Numbered from the stretch's first letter, positions 25,401 through 39,367 are shown. The stretch is DNA of 64,000 bases from Octopus sinensis (GCF_006345805.1 NC_042998.1:73470001-73534000); one strand, 5' to 3'. Notes: generated by a model not told the origin, from the letters alone. Made by a program: numbers and translations.

Positions 25401-28001
25401 GCATGCACAATGTATGTAGCTAGGTATATCTATATACATACGTATAAACGTATTATGTGTATCTGTATGTGATGTGTGTGCTTGTAATTATATGTCTGTG
25501 TGTTTGTGTGTGTGTGTATGTGTGTGTGTGTATGTGTGTGCTTAACGTGTGTACGTGAGATTGTGCCCGTGTGCGAGCGCGCTTTTGCGTGAATATGTGC
25601 GTGCATTATGTTTACGCGTGAAATATCACATAAACACAACAACCTACGCAGCGGGAAGGTAGACATACATCAGTCGCGGCATTGACTTTCCGCATACATA
25701 TACTAGAAATATAGGTAATAATAATATACATTTTCGTCACTCTCACTCTCTCCTGCCCTCTCTCACTTTCTTTTTCTCTCTCTTTCTCTTTCCATACTAA
25801 TGTGTACATGTATATGCATACCCGTAATATGTATGTGCGCGTGTGTGTATGTGTGCGTATGTGTGTGTCTGGTGTGTGGTGTGTATGAACGTTGTCAGAC
25901 ATCCTTCACAGCAGGTAAGATGCAGTTATCTGTTATTCTGTTGTCATCCCAACCCATCATATTCACCTTACCTACCAGACATCTTCTGGCTTCTTGCCAT
26001 CTTTATACAGTTTCCTTACTTCTTGAAATAGACGTCTGTCTGACATACTACAGATAAACACTGCAAATCACAACAAAGTGTGATCCTTTAATTAGAACTG
26101 TCTACAACTCTCAGTAATTCCTTCTTCTGCTCCCAGTCGCACACTCTTGATCTCATACTACCAGTTTCTGCTCATCCGTGTGTGTGTGTGTGTAAATACA
26201 TATATATATGTTCATATGCATATATACGTACATACATGTATCATTTCACTTATTTCTGGTATAACTACTCATAATGTTTCTGGTCTATAACTAACCTTCG
26301 TCATTCATTATGTCTGTCTCACAGCACGCTTACCTTTCATTCTGTCAATCCCTTCTGTTTCGCCACTCCTCAGAATTATTGCAGCGTGTATTTTTCTGTC
26401 AGGGTGTCTTGTTTGTTTATCTGTTGTACTACACACATAATCACTGATACGTGCATAAACACATAAACATATACAATCTCACACACACACACACACACAT
26501 ACCCATCCATCCCTTATTCTATATCTTAATCCCATTCTCTTTTTCCCACTTATCCTCTTTCCTTGATCCTCTCTGTCTCTATTTCGTACTTGTCTACTTG
26601 ACACTTCATGATTGCATATCTTAAATTTGTCGTTGAAATGAGAATCGCAAAGGTGAAGACGACTTCATTGAAAGAATCACACTAGAAAGTGAGAAAGATG
26701 GAGGAAAAAGAACGTGGAAGAGATGAATATCTGTTGACACAATAGATCTATTGATGGAATGTAATTTTAACTTTGTTAAACATGTACATAAATTATAAAT
26801 ATATTTGCACTTAACAGAGTAGATATTTGCAAGCATAATACAAATGCACACATACATATAGAGATACATTAAGTTAGATAGATACTTACATATACAAATT
26901 CATACATTATACTTATACATATGTATTTTTATTCAGTGTCATACTTTCTTTAAAGATTCGTTTATTGTGAATGATGAACGAATTTAGTTGTTAGTTCTAA
27001 AGATAGACTGTCTACTATTTATAGCATATTGAGTGACTTCGCTTTTGGCTAATATACAGTAAAGTATAAAGCCATGGTGGAGTTGACGTACTTTCATAAA
27101 AATGTCAGATTCTTAGTTTTGATATTAAACTCAAACTCAGTGTCTATCACATATTGATGCAGAGAAAGCAACTAAATATTGCGACAAGCAGAATAAAACA
27201 CTAATTAGATTCGAAGAACTGTAATGTGATTAGATTAACTCAGAAATATCACATCATGCTCACAAGCAACAAGTATATTTATCTCAGTTCACCAAGAGTA
27301 GTTTTATGCATTAGAGTTGTTACCTATTGAACTTGAATCAGCGACATTCAAAAGTTCCGTGTCTACCGTATTATTACCTGATTATAAATAAATTGGAATT
27401 ATTAATGTATAGTCGAAAGGAAGGTATTTCTATAAATCTCACATCAAGAACCCCAACTCTAACCCGTATGAATTTCCGCAGACACTAAACCGAAGCAATC
27501 AATGCCGATAATGCAAACAATATGTTTGAAATATGCTACACAGAGTTAGTACAAGAGTCTCGTCTCCAGAGATAGAACATTTAATTTATAAAGGAAAAAT
27601 CTGAAGTGTGTAAAGAAGACAAACTGATGATATCCTGAAAACTTTAAGTCCTACTGTAGAAACTGAGGGGAAAAAAACGAAATAGGAATGAACTTCTGTA
27701 ATGCTTCTTTATCTGCTAGAAACAGAAACCAAATGCTCTTAAATCAAGCACTTGCAAAATGGAAGAATACATCAGACAATGAAGTCCTGAATGTACAAAA
27801 GGATGGGATGATCATGACCGGGAAGCTTTTGATCATAATTCGGCGCAGAGATTGTTTACTCGGAAATAATTAACAACGGATTCAGTAGAAAATGTAAATT
27901 AACACTATAGAGTCATTTCTCTGTGTAAACAACCAACTATCGACACAACTTAAATGAAATGTCAAAGGAACAGTTTGGCATCTTCTATTGCCTCGCTACT
28001 A

Positions 28002-30220
28002 GATCTATGCTAGATCTGGTATTCTCCCGCTATCCAAGATCAGTGTCAGACGTATCTGTGTGCGCCCCTCTTGCCAAGAGTGATCATGCGGTCCTGAAGT
28101 TCGTCATGCACACAACTTTTTCTACGCCCACGACTACTTCGCTGCCACGTAGAGTCTTCTCTGCAATTAATCTTGAAATTCTAACCGAAGCTTCCGCGCT
28201 TCTGAACTGGCGATCCCTGATGACGTTGTCCTCAGTTGACGAACTATGGTCATCCCTCAAAGCATATGTAATCTGTTTGACTGACCAGGCAGTTCCCGTT
28301 GGGCTTCCCAAGAGGAAGAAACACAAGCCCTGGGTGACGAAGAAGGTTAAACGAGAACGTCGACTCAGAGATATTGCTTGGGCTGAATTCAAAAATCTGG
28401 ATTCGACTGCAGCTTTTGAGGTGTACAAAACTCAACGAGACCGAGCCGTGAAAATTGAAAAGAAAGAACGCTTCAGTTATGAATACAAAATCGTGGCAAA
28501 TGCCAGTAGCAATCCAAAAACCTTCTTTGCCCATGTCCAGCGGAATTCCCGCTTGAACAACCAGATTGCAACGTTGGTAGACTCAACAGGCGTATCGATT
28601 GAGGACCCTTATCAACAGAGTCAATTATTTGCCGAGGCTTTTTCAACTATTTTCAAACAAGATGATGGTCGTGAACCCCCTCCATTTGATAGATCGGTAC
28701 CTCCAATGATTCGATTGGTCATCACGCGGGACGAAGTCAAACGTGTTATTCAAGGCCTCGATGTCAACAAGGGTCACGGCCCTGACGGCATACACTCACG
28801 GGTTATCAAAGCGTTGGCTCCGGTCATCTGCGAGCCCTTAACACGACTATTCAATATGTCATTGGCGACGGGTGTTATACCTGCAGACTGGAGAACAGCG
28901 ATAATCTGCCCAATTTTCAAGAAAGGGAGCCGATAAGACCCGCTTAACTACCGACCGGTTTCCCTTACATCAATAATCAGCAAGATGTTCGAAACCATCC
29001 GTAAGAAAAGTATGATGCTCCACCTCCTAAACAAAGCCTCTATCTCTGATTCCCAACACGGCTTCGTGCCGAAGAGATCATGCTTGACCAACTTACTAGT
29101 AATGGAAGAATTGGTGACGCGCATCCTCGATGATAGTGATGCTGTTGAGATCGTTTTATTGGACTTCGCCAAAGCTTTTGACTCGGTAAACCACCGCCTA
29201 CTACTTGTCAAGCTTCAAGCATATAGTTTCCATCCGGATATTGTACGATGGGTTGGTGCCTTCCTCTCAGATCGCTCCTTCCAAGTCCAAGTTAATGGTC
29301 CGCGGTCCGACGTCTCCAGTGCGAGCAGTGGCATGCCTCAAGATTCAGTGCTTGGGCCCTTGTTGTTCTTAGTCTTCATAAATGACTTGCCCGACGACCT
29401 CACGCAATACACCCTTCTATTTGCCGACGATATCAAACTGGTCGCTCCTCGCGGTAATATAGAGGATCTTCGTCGATGCCTCCACCAAATTTGGAAGTGG
29501 TCTAACGATTGGGACCTGTGTCTGAACGTGTCAAAGTGCTGTCATCTGCCTGTCGGCTCTACTCCTGCAACTCAACTTGATTTCGAGCCGAGTCGTCTGC
29601 TGCTGGAGAAGACCGATCAGGTAAAGGACCTGGGTATCTTGGTGGATTCCTCCTTTTCGCCTTCGGCCCAGTGCGTCCATGCTGCCAACAAAGCACGCGG
29701 AATTCTGTTCTTGATTCGACGGACATTCGGAATGCTCACAGCAGCCATATTCCTACCACTCTATGTCACGCTGGTGAGACCCATATTGGAGTATGGGATT
29801 CAAGCCTCTTCTCCTTATCTCCTCAAAGACATACAGCACCTCGAAAGAGTCCAGAAGCTGGCTACCCGCATGGTTCATGGTCTCAAAAATTTGTCCTACG
29901 AAGAAAGGCTGAGGACGCTCGACCTTTATTCTCTTGAAAAACGCCGCCGCCGTGGTGATCTCATTCTCGCCCACAACATCATAAGCGGAAAGTGTAACCT
30001 CTCGAAAGAGCTGTTCTTCACTCCTGCTCCAGAGCGTCGGCTGCGGGGTCATTCCGAAAAGCTCTACCTGCAACGATTTCATCTCAATCGAAGGAGAGGA
30101 GCTTTCTCCGTCCGGGTTGCGGATCCGTGGAACAAACTGCCAGACGAGATGGTGAAGATGCCGACGACCGCTTTGTTGAAAGCCTCCCTGGACCTCAAGT
30201 GGCCTGAACTCTTTACATGA
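28002..30220 (+). pseudogene. LINE ORF2 (end of APE domain plus reverse transcriptase), one in-frame TAA at 28934-28936
   Basis: LDLVF..SDH, GPDGI, WRTAIICPIFKKG*DPLNYRPVSL, QHGF, LDFAKAFDSVNH, PQDSVLGPLLF, LFADD, RRRRGDLI. ORFs 27959-28936 and 28985-30220 are in the same frame. Confidence 0.9.
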
Positions 30221-30299
30221 ACACCACTCTGTATTTAACTCCATGTCCCCCTACATGGCCTTGCTATTTGCTTTTGAGCCAAATTAACTAACTAACTAA
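28002..30299 (+). mobile_element. 5'-truncated CR1-like LINE, young copy
   Basis: Continuous ORF2 frame with one stop. (TAAC)n tail at about 30284-30300. Candidate 6-bp TSD ctacta at 27996-28001 and 30300-30305. Confidence 0.9.
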
Positions 30300-30639
30300 C
30301 TACTACGCATAGAAATATGAAGATAAGCCAATAAGATTCTTACATGCAGCAGCCAGTGAAGCCAAGCTATATGATATATACTTTATAATGAATGAGATTA
30401 ACGTCAGTCTGGAAAATAGGACTGCAGTTGATTTCTTTCCCGAAGCTTCTTTAAAAGTAATAATGATTTAAAATCATTAAAACGAGACCTACCTAGTATA
30501 GCCATAAATATTGTTAAAATGAAAAACTTGAATTTCAAGATAATTATCGATCGCATTAAAATCAAATTTTGAACATTTATCTGTGGGCTGAACAAAACAA
30601 TAAATTTACAAAATTTATTCAAATCGATCCCCTATGTTG

Positions 30640-31560
30640 CCGATACAACGCTTCAAACTTTCAGGGTATTCATTTATTGCAGTACGCGCAATATTAATTG
30701 GAAAATTGGTTGGTCATTGCAGCGACAAGAGCACACTGAAGATAATCCAAAGTTTTGTGCGGCTTACCACAAGTCACTCCTTCCAACTCTGACTACAGTT
30801 TGTGATCCAAAGGAGTCAAATCCGGACCGTCATCGGGTTAATCTGCCACCTTAATGAAGTCAAAAATATCCTGTGACGGCAACTCTTGAGTAACCTTGTT
30901 TTTTTTTGTGCTGGAAGCTCCATTCTTTGCCACTGAACAAGGATTTGTTAAGGCTCTTAACTTTACCCAGTAGGTCATCAGTGATGTACATACGACCCGT
31001 GATTTTCACCCCAGTTTTCCACATAAATGAAGCTTAGTCACCCCTTCGTAAGACACACCCCTCCAAACCATGATTGAGGCAGGATGATGGTCTCTTTAAA
31101 CTTTATGAACGACCTCAGAAGCGTCCTTAGATCTGTGGACATACACTATGTCATTTTGACGTTTGTAGTTTTCTTATACTTTGAAAATGTTCTCATATAT
31201 GTAAAGGATGTTTCTATGAGCACCGCCTGCGTACCAGAGAAGAAGCTGTTTGGTTCTTGTCACTCTGATCATTGTCAATGAAGATTTTAACATGTAAGTC
31301 AATGATAGTCACGCAGCCTTAGATCTTCCCTGATTAATTTAGACATCAATCTGGGTGAAATTTTCGTCTCTCTAACCATGATGTTTTGCTTCCTCGGAGG
31401 ATTCCTTCGATTTATAGCTCCAACAGCTTTGATCTCATTATGGTTCCTCACAGTACAAGGACGACATTCCCTTGCAATGTCACTGATAATCTGATGAGCT
31501 GCAAACCACTTTATGGTGCGATATACAAACATTCAGCTACTTTCAAGCAGTTTGAAAATA
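30640..31560 (-). mobile_element. Tc1/mariner-family transposase remnant
   Basis: RNPPRKQNIMVRETKISPR (HTH region), IMVWRGVSYEGVTKLH, and GPDLTPLDH (SPDLNPLD motif), with multiple stops. Confidence 0.75.
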
Positions 31561-32563
31561 GTGGATGCATCGTGACCTACCATGTGAAGACCAACAAGTT
31601 ATAACGATTTTCTTTGAAACTCATTCTGTTATTAAATAAGAAAACTAGATCAGTTAATACTCGAAATTCAAAGCAGAAGGTTATTAGCTAATGACAGATA
31701 CAACGAAAAAATATTTTAGGTGCAAAATCCTATGAAAAATTGAAGAAGAAAATTTGCAAAAGTATTTATGTCTATACTAGGAATAATAACATGCTGCATA
31801 CTGAACATGAAAAAAACCAACTGCCAGAATATTGCACCCTTATCTCTGATGGCATTCAGGCTGCATTAGGACTGAATGTTAAAGTAGTTTCCTCAATCAA
31901 ATGAACGCATACAATATCGGTTTCACAAGGAATTTCAACATCTTTAAACACGTGATAAGCTGAAGTCTATTTTCTCGGTATTACTATAAATATGAAAACG
32001 TTGTTGAGTTTTAAGCAACTGATGTCAATTTGAAATAGTCAACGGTGCTTTTTTAAAACGGTCAAGAATTCGAAACGTAATTCTTTCAAGATCACCTTAG
32101 CGTCCATTACAATTTGTAAAATTACTAAGAAAATATATTCAACCAACCACGCCTAATAGTTATGCTGCAGACTATCAAAGTAGCAATAGCACTCAAAGGT
32201 CCTCATTATGTCGAAAGATTAGAGTAATACCTCAATTCAATATGAAGATGAACATATGCAAATAAATGCAATTGTGTTGCGTGTTTCGATATTTAATGAC
32301 ACACTTAGCATAAACGAAATCTAACGTCGAAATTGTTCAAAGACTTTACAAACATCGAAGAGATACGATTGATTTATAGATTCCATGATCAAGCCATTAA
32401 TGGTACTGTCACAATAAATGTTTCAATCGTTCCAAATTTATAACCGAAAGAAAAATTTGTCATGAAACATAGACAAAAACATGGTCGAGGAAATGTTTTG
32501 TGAAAGCGCGAGAGGCAATATTTATTGGGTGGCGGAAGGTCAGGCAAAGGCACACATCCATGT

Positions 32564-32628
<65 letters not shown>

Positions 32629-32670
32629 CATGTATGTATGTATGTTATGTATGTTATGTATATATATATA

Positions 32671-32995
32671 AACTTTGATATGCTTCGGACAAAAATTGGC
32701 CAAGACCACTTAATAGCACGACTTGATAAATCTGTTAAGTCCTTTTATAAGTCATCTTTTGCGGAATCATGGCCCATTCAAGTAGCGATTTGTTATTGAC
32801 TGTGATATATCTAGGTATTTGGTATCCCTTGGAGAAAATTTTCCTGACATCGTTTGAAGATGATGGGGTCTTTGTCTTTGATTTGTTTGGGGTAATGTTA
32901 AATAGAGCAGAAAAGGGACCAGGATGCTATACTGGATCTATGGAAGGTATTGGTATTCAGCCACCTAGACTACTGCTCTCAACTGTAGTCACGCC
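32671..32995 (-). mobile_element. LINE 3' fragment related to the 34.1-35.3 kb element
   Basis: Collinear similarity to 34150-34430 (cttaatagcac, tggcccaYtcaagtag, ggtgtaatgttaaa). The tail abuts (TA)n. Confidence 0.65.
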
Positions 32996-33029
32996 ATAAT
33001 ATCAAATCAAATACGGAACCAGAACCAAT

Positions 33030-33450
33030 TCAGTGGTGCTATACCAAGAAGATTGCATCAACTGAGCTACTTTGGGAGACTGAAAGAACTACGACACTAC
33101 TCCCTGAAGCGAACCCAGGACAGATTTGCACACTATCGAAGACGCTAGAGGGGTTGCCATCACATTTTGGCGTCCAGAGCTATACCAGACCCCGGACTGT
33201 GTGAGGGTGCCAGTTACCCCTCCTAGAGTAAGGACCATGTACTGCAATGGCTTGGGCCTTAGCGCCCACAACTAAATAATTGACAAAACAACTGCATGAG
33301 TTACATCGAGTAAGGGTGGATGTTTTCAAGAAAAAACTTGTTCTCCTGCTGTTCAACCTCCAAGATGAACTTATGTCACGGCAAGAAACCCGGGGGTGGG
33401 GCACCAGTGTTGAACTCTCTCTTCACCAAAGGCTAGTTGCATAAGAATGG
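33030..33450 (+). mobile_element. Decayed LINE 3' fragment (family of 51.3 kb)
   Basis: LSYFGRLKELRHYSL..RTMYCNGLG..VDVFKKKL..QDE parallels LSYWERLKQLRLYSL..FCNSLG..VFKSKL..PDEP. Confidence 0.65.
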
Positions 33451-33599
33451 ACGTTGAAAAGGGGATTGCACTGACGATGCCCTGTCATGACCACAGACCA
33501 CAGACGGAAATACATAAAAGAATAAAAAATATATCTATTTGTATATTTATATTATGTATATATTCTATATGTATGCATATATTTACATACATATATACA

Positions 33600-33909
33600 T
33601 CACGTGATCACGTTACCGACCAGGCTATCAGATGTGGCTATACATCGCTGGTCACAATGCGCTTCGCATTGTTTTAGCCTTCAAATGACGCCTACCCGCT
33701 GGCTAAGCGAGCAGGCCAACAGAAGAAAGAGTGAGAGAAAATTGTGGCGAAAGAGTACAGCAGGGATCGCCATCATCCCCTGCCGGAGCCTCGTGGAGCT
33801 TTAGGTGTTTTCGGTCAATAAACACTCACGACGCTCGGTCTGAGAATCGAAACCGCGATCCTACGACCGCGAGTCCTCCGCTCTAACCACTTGGCCATTG
33901 CGCCTCCAC
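33600..33909 (-). mobile_element. tRNA-derived SINE family C, full length
   Basis: Minus strand has an A box (TGGCCAAGTGG) and a B-box-like GGTTTCGATTC; a second copy lies at 35949. Confidence 0.85.
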
Positions 33910-33959
33910 ACGCACACACATACACACACAACCACACACACACACACACATATACATAC

Positions 33960-34012
<53 letters not shown>

Positions 34013-34064
34013 TATATAATATATATTATATATTATATATAATATATATATATATTAATATATA

Positions 34065-34148
<84 letters not shown>

Positions 34149-34150
<2 letters not shown>

Positions 34151-35271
34151 TTTATACTTTGATACTTTGATAGGTTTCGGCCATTATTGGCCCAGGCCAT
34201 GTCTAACTTAATAGCACCACCTGGTGAAGTCTTTCGAGTCAGAATTTGGGCACTATGGCCCACTCAAGTAGAGAGTTATTGTTTACAGAGACATATCCGG
34301 GTGTAGGGGGTTTATCCGGGATTTCTTGAAGGAATCTGTCCAAAGACTTCTTGAACCCTATAGGGTCAGTTTCTGTTTTAATGTGTTTTGGTGTAATGTT
34401 AAAGAGAGCGGGGCCAATTGAGGTGAAATAATTGTGCCGTATTGTTGTTATGAGATGAGAGTGCGATTTTGTTTTGGGCGGATGGCACGGGGCCCAAGCC
34501 TTGGATGTACCTTAAAGGTGATGCCAACATCATTTGGGCAATGCTGATGGAATATTTTCCACATCATGCAGATGATGTAGCGCTCACGACGACGTTGGAG
34601 AGAATAGAGTTTTAGCTTTTCTAGTCGACCCCAATAGTCGAGGCCTGTCATGCCATCTATTTTTTTTGTGATTGCCCTTTGAGGTGCTTCAACTTTTATG
34701 ATACCTTGTATTGTGTGGGGAGACCACAGTGGACAACAGTATTCAAGGTGGGGTCGGGCAAAAGTGGAGAAGAGAAGGATAATGGTGTGGATATCTCTCG
34801 ACTGGAAAGTTCTGAGAATCCAGGAACACATTCTGCGGGCCATGTCAACTTTGGTGTTTATATGAGTGGCCCAGCTTACGTTGTTGTCCACAATTACTCC
34901 CAAGTCTCTGATGTTGTTGGACGCCGCGAGAGTTTCACCTGAAGGAAGGGAGTATGGGAGTTTCAGGGCATCCTCTTTTCCAAAGTGGATTAGCTCAAAT
35001 TTATCCTCGTTCAGCAGCATATTGTTTTTTTCTGCCCATTGGATAACAGCCAGTAGATCTGACTGAAGGCATGTCCGGTCACTCGCCTCATTTATGACCT
35101 TCTGTAGCTTGGAGTCATCTGCAAAGATTTTTATGTTGCTGTGCTTGATGATGTCATTAACGTCATTAATGTAAATGATGAAAAGAAGTGGGCCCAGCAC
35201 AGTGCCTTGCGGAACGCCACTACTGACTTTGGCTGGGCTTGATTTTACCCCTTCAACTACAACATGTTGAG
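34149..35271 (-). mobile_element. 5'-truncated CR1/L2-like LINE with open RT C-terminal ORF (34448-35281)
   Basis: SGVPQGTVLGPLLFIIYIND, IFADD, LEYCCPLWSP, LQRRRERY. Short tandem tail (ATCAAAGT)2-3. Both ends lie within (TA)n. Confidence 0.9.
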
Positions 35272-35381
35272 ATATATACATATATATACATATATATATA
35301 CATATATATACATATATATATACATATATATATGAAAAAACAAGTCAAAAATAGAAAATGCTAAAATAATTTTATAGTGAA

Positions 35382-35429
35382 CATTTCAGTACCGGTTTCG
35401 GTCATTTTGAGACCTTTTCAACTGTAACG
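35382..35429 (-). ncRNA. Type I minimal HHR with U3-A8 core (left arm)
   Basis: Mirror image of 35658-35705. Confidence 0.75.
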
Positions 35430-35657
35430 ATTAAATAATTAAATTTAGAAAAATTAGAAGAAAAGTTTTTTTAAAAGAATATTTCTATAGTAGTGTTCAG
35501 ATTTAAGTGGCATTCTGCCTTTCTCTGACTCCCTTGTTTGCACGTGCAAACAAGGGAGTCAGAGAAAGGCAGAATGCCACTTAAATCTGAACACTACTAT
35601 AGAAATATTCTTTTAAAAAAACTTTTCTTCTAATTTTTCTAAATTTAATTATTTAAT

Positions 35658-35705
35658 CGTTACAGTTGAAAAGGTCTCAAAATGACCGAAACCGGTACTG
35701 AAATG
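35658..35705 (+). ncRNA. Type I minimal HHR with U3-A8 core (right arm)
   Basis: CGUUACAG-UUGAAAA-GGUC-ucaaaau-GACC-GAAA-CCGGU-A-CUGAAAUG. Stem I pairs 7 of 8, stem II is 4 bp, stem III is the palindrome ACCGGU, and the site is GUA. Confidence 0.75.
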
Positions 35706-35787
35706 TTCACTATAAAATTATTTTAGCATTTTCTATTTTTGACTTGTTTTTTCATATATATCAACTCGTGTGTTCCTTTTCACCCTT

Positions 35788-35881
<94 letters not shown>

Positions 35882-35898
35882 TATATTATATATATATA

Positions 35899-35943
<45 letters not shown>

Positions 35944-35948
35944 CATAT

Positions 35949-36155
35949 GTGGAGGCGCAATGGCCTAGTGGTTAGGGCAGCGGACTCGCGTTGTGAGTGT
36001 TTATTGAGCGAAAACACCTAAAAGCTCCACAAGGCTCCGGCAGGGGGGTGATCCCTGCTGTACTCTTTCATCACTTTTTCTCCCACTCTTTCTTCTGTCA
36101 GCCTGCTCGCTTAGCCAGCGGGGTGGCGTCTGGTCGGTCACGTGATCACGTGATA
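35949..36155 (+). mobile_element. SINE family C with two internal deletions
   Basis: Aligned to 33600-33909, it lacks 36 nt (including the B box) and 64 nt. Confidence 0.85.
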
Positions 36156-37214
36156 TATACATATAACTACATATACAAACACATGCCCGCAGGTGCGCAT
36201 GTAGTATGCCGCTTAAAGCGAGTTCGCTGGTTTTGGCTACCTGATACTATCAGCAGTATGGACTTAAATGCCACTGGATTTACTTCAGGAATTCCGAACA
36301 CGAGAAGTGTTCATTTTAACTCGAGTTTCTCGTGCATACGTGTAGCAAACGTTAACTAATAAAATGTATTCAAATCAAAATAAGCAAAATGCAGATTTAA
36401 AATACGAGATACTTTTTGACAAGAAGCCTGTCGAGACACATCTGCACCAATGATGCATCACTACTGTTTGTACAATATCTCACCCGCGAGGCGCTGATAC
36501 ACGTTGGGTCGAAACGACCTTAGTGAATAATAAACAATAAAGTCTTGTGAATTCCAATTCCATATTTCCATTCACACACACACAAGCACAATATATATAT
36601 GTGTGTTTGCGTGTGTGTGTGTATGTATTTGTATGACTGTGTTTGTTTGCATGTGTGTACGTATGCAAGCATGTATGTATGTATGTATAACCTGCAGAGA
36701 ATGCTTTCATATTCTCCGCAGGAAAGTGTTTTGTGTTTGTGGTATTTGTATGTGCGCATATACAAACAAATATTCACCGCTATCAACAATGGGCGTTCAA
36801 TCCATTCAGTTACCTGCTTATTAAAAGGCGTTTGAAATTGTTGAGTATTCTATTGCGATAGATGTATGTTTTGTATAATTCTAACACAAAATCAGCGGGA
36901 CGCAGTTTAATGTTAAATTACATGCTCACAAAAGTTAGGTGTACCCAAAGATATGGTAAAATACGCTTGCACAATATATTAAACTCCTGGTTAGGAAACG
37001 AACCTCTTATGTATTCGGCCATGCTGATTCACATTCTTGTATAATTGGTTGTTTATTTGAATGTAGGTTTGTGCTTGCATTTGTATGTGTATGGGTACTT
37101 CATACTTTAAAAATTTTAAATATTGTTAAATTCTTCAAGTATGTATTCCCACTGTAACCACCTTTGTACACGTATTACAATGATGACGTTACATCGGTTA
37201 CATCTACCAGTATC

Positions 37215-37330
37215 TTATTATATCGACTCCGGTAAAATGAACAACGAAGTTTGTCTGCGGTTAGATTTGAACTCAGAAATGTAAACAGCTGGAATATATG
37301 CTGCAACGAGTTCCGTCTCATATGTGAATG
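37215..37330 (-). mobile_element. SINE family A, old degenerate copy
   Basis: atcgactccggtaaaatgaacaacgaagt...gatttgaactcagaa. Confidence 0.55.
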
Positions 37331-38905
37331 ATTCTGATAATCCACCACCCTCGAAAATCTCCACTCCAGCTCCGAGATTCTATGACCATGTTAAAATACA
37401 AAGTTTGTCACCAAACGATTACTTGTTCGTGCTTCAACTGCAATCACTCAACTCTACAATTATTGAGGTGATTAGCTAAGCTTATTTAACTTTTATCGCC
37501 TAATTAAGAATCATTAATGATTTGTTTCATTAAAAACCAAAACAGAATTTTCAAGTTGAATATATTTTAGATATATTTCACTATAAATATCTTTTTTCTT
37601 TTAATTCTATGTTGTCTACTGCAACTGCGCTTCATTTAAGGGTTTTGTTATTGCTATTGTTGCTGTTGATGCTATTGCGGTTGACGTTGTTGTTAGTGGT
37701 GGTGGTGGTGGTGATGATGGTGGTGGTGGTGGTGGTGGTGATGGTTTTGGTGGTGACGACAGCGGTCGCGGTGGCGGTGCTGGTGATTATGACGATGGCG
37801 CTTCTTTTTCTAAATTATTGCTGTTACTGCCGTTGATTTTATTCTTGTAATTACTTTCCATTCTGTCTAGTAACGTTGCAGTTTTATAATTAAAAACATT
37901 ATTGCTTAATGCCGACTTCATCTTAATCAATGCATCAGACTCAGTAATTAATGTGTCGCCAATTATGACCAAGCGATGCATGCTCAGTTGGTACACTCTG
38001 TATCTTTACAGTCACTTCCCTATATGAAACCAGTGAAAGTTGATCTAATCATACAGCTTACGGCAATGGACATTGCCAACTCACAATTTTCAATTTTCTC
38101 AAGAAACGGTGCAGCTTCAATTAATTTTTCCTTCTGCTAATCATTTCTTATTTACATCAGCATACCCTTTGAAACATTCAACAGTTATTAAGTTACAATA
38201 TTTAAACAACTACACGAGATCGGCAATATGGATAAGTAATTTCGAAAACGTATGTGAGTTATAATCAGGCCTTGTGAAACATTGAGTGTTTTAAGTTAAT
38301 AGAGATGGACATTTATAAGAAAACTATTTTGAGTGTTTGACCTTTAAATAACTCAACATGTTCAACAAAATATATTATTCCCTGCTGGGACCGAAAACGA
38401 GAGATTAATTATAAATAATTGCTTCCCAATTGTATATCATTTCAAGTATTACTGTTATTTAAATAAGTCATTCACAATAAAAATAGAGGTCCATTACCGA
38501 AGAAACATTGTATGTTGTTCTACGGGGATTTGTTCTCTCTCCTGGTCTAGTACACTAAATATATCAGTCCGATTTCCCTTGCATCCAATTTAATTAGTTA
38601 CGCTCTCATCAATCATTTCTTTGCAACGTAAAACTAAGTTAATTGCCAGATATACACCATACATAGGTAACTCTGAGGGGGAAAGGTCATTAGTTTAGGG
38701 AACTATAGAACTTTGGTTAAATTCAGCTACTCATTATTTTTACTGATATGCGTCAATGAAAATATAAAAATTCACAATGGCTCGTACTATTTGTTTCAGT
38801 GCCTTGGACAGATACATACACACACAAAGACACATACACAATCGCACAAACATATATACACACTCATATATATATAAAGATGAAATTATAAATATAAAAC
38901 ATATG

Positions 38906-39072
<167 letters not shown>

Positions 39073-39199
39073 TTGGAGAAGCATACGCTACAGACACATT
39101 TTTACTTGTATATATATATGTAGTCGAACAATAACTTAACTGGCCGAAATTTCCATATATACATATATATATATATATATACATACATACATACATACA

Positions 39200-39224
<25 letters not shown>

Positions 39225-39231
<7 letters not shown>

Positions 39232-39332
39232 GTATGTGTGTGTATGTGTGCGTATGTATGTTTCTATGCATGTATTACATACGTATGCATATACATATAT
39301 GTATGTTTGTACATACGTATGTATATATATAT

Positions 39333-39367
<35 letters not shown>

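Larger units (their letters stand above)
35326..35761. repeat. Perfect 436-bp palindrome, no spacer, centre gtttgcac|gtgcaaac at 35543/35544
   Basis: No mismatch found on reading the two 218-bp arms against each other. Confidence 0.95.

Noticed and set aside
27624-27655. CTGATGA...GAAAA motif
   Set aside because: No stem II or stem I pairing.
31490-31525. CTGATGAG motif in the Tc1/mariner remnant
   Set aside because: Lacks G12 and stem II; antisense to transposase coding sequence.
33830-33909. tRNA-like A/B boxes here and at 42007, 47900 and 60480
   Set aside because: They are SINE heads continuing into SINE bodies, with no complete cloverleaf, so they are not tRNA genes.
36485-36545. ctgatac...ggtcgaaacgacc followed by aataaa, resembling a PLE terminus
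   Set aside because: The core and stems are too degenerate to support an HHR call.
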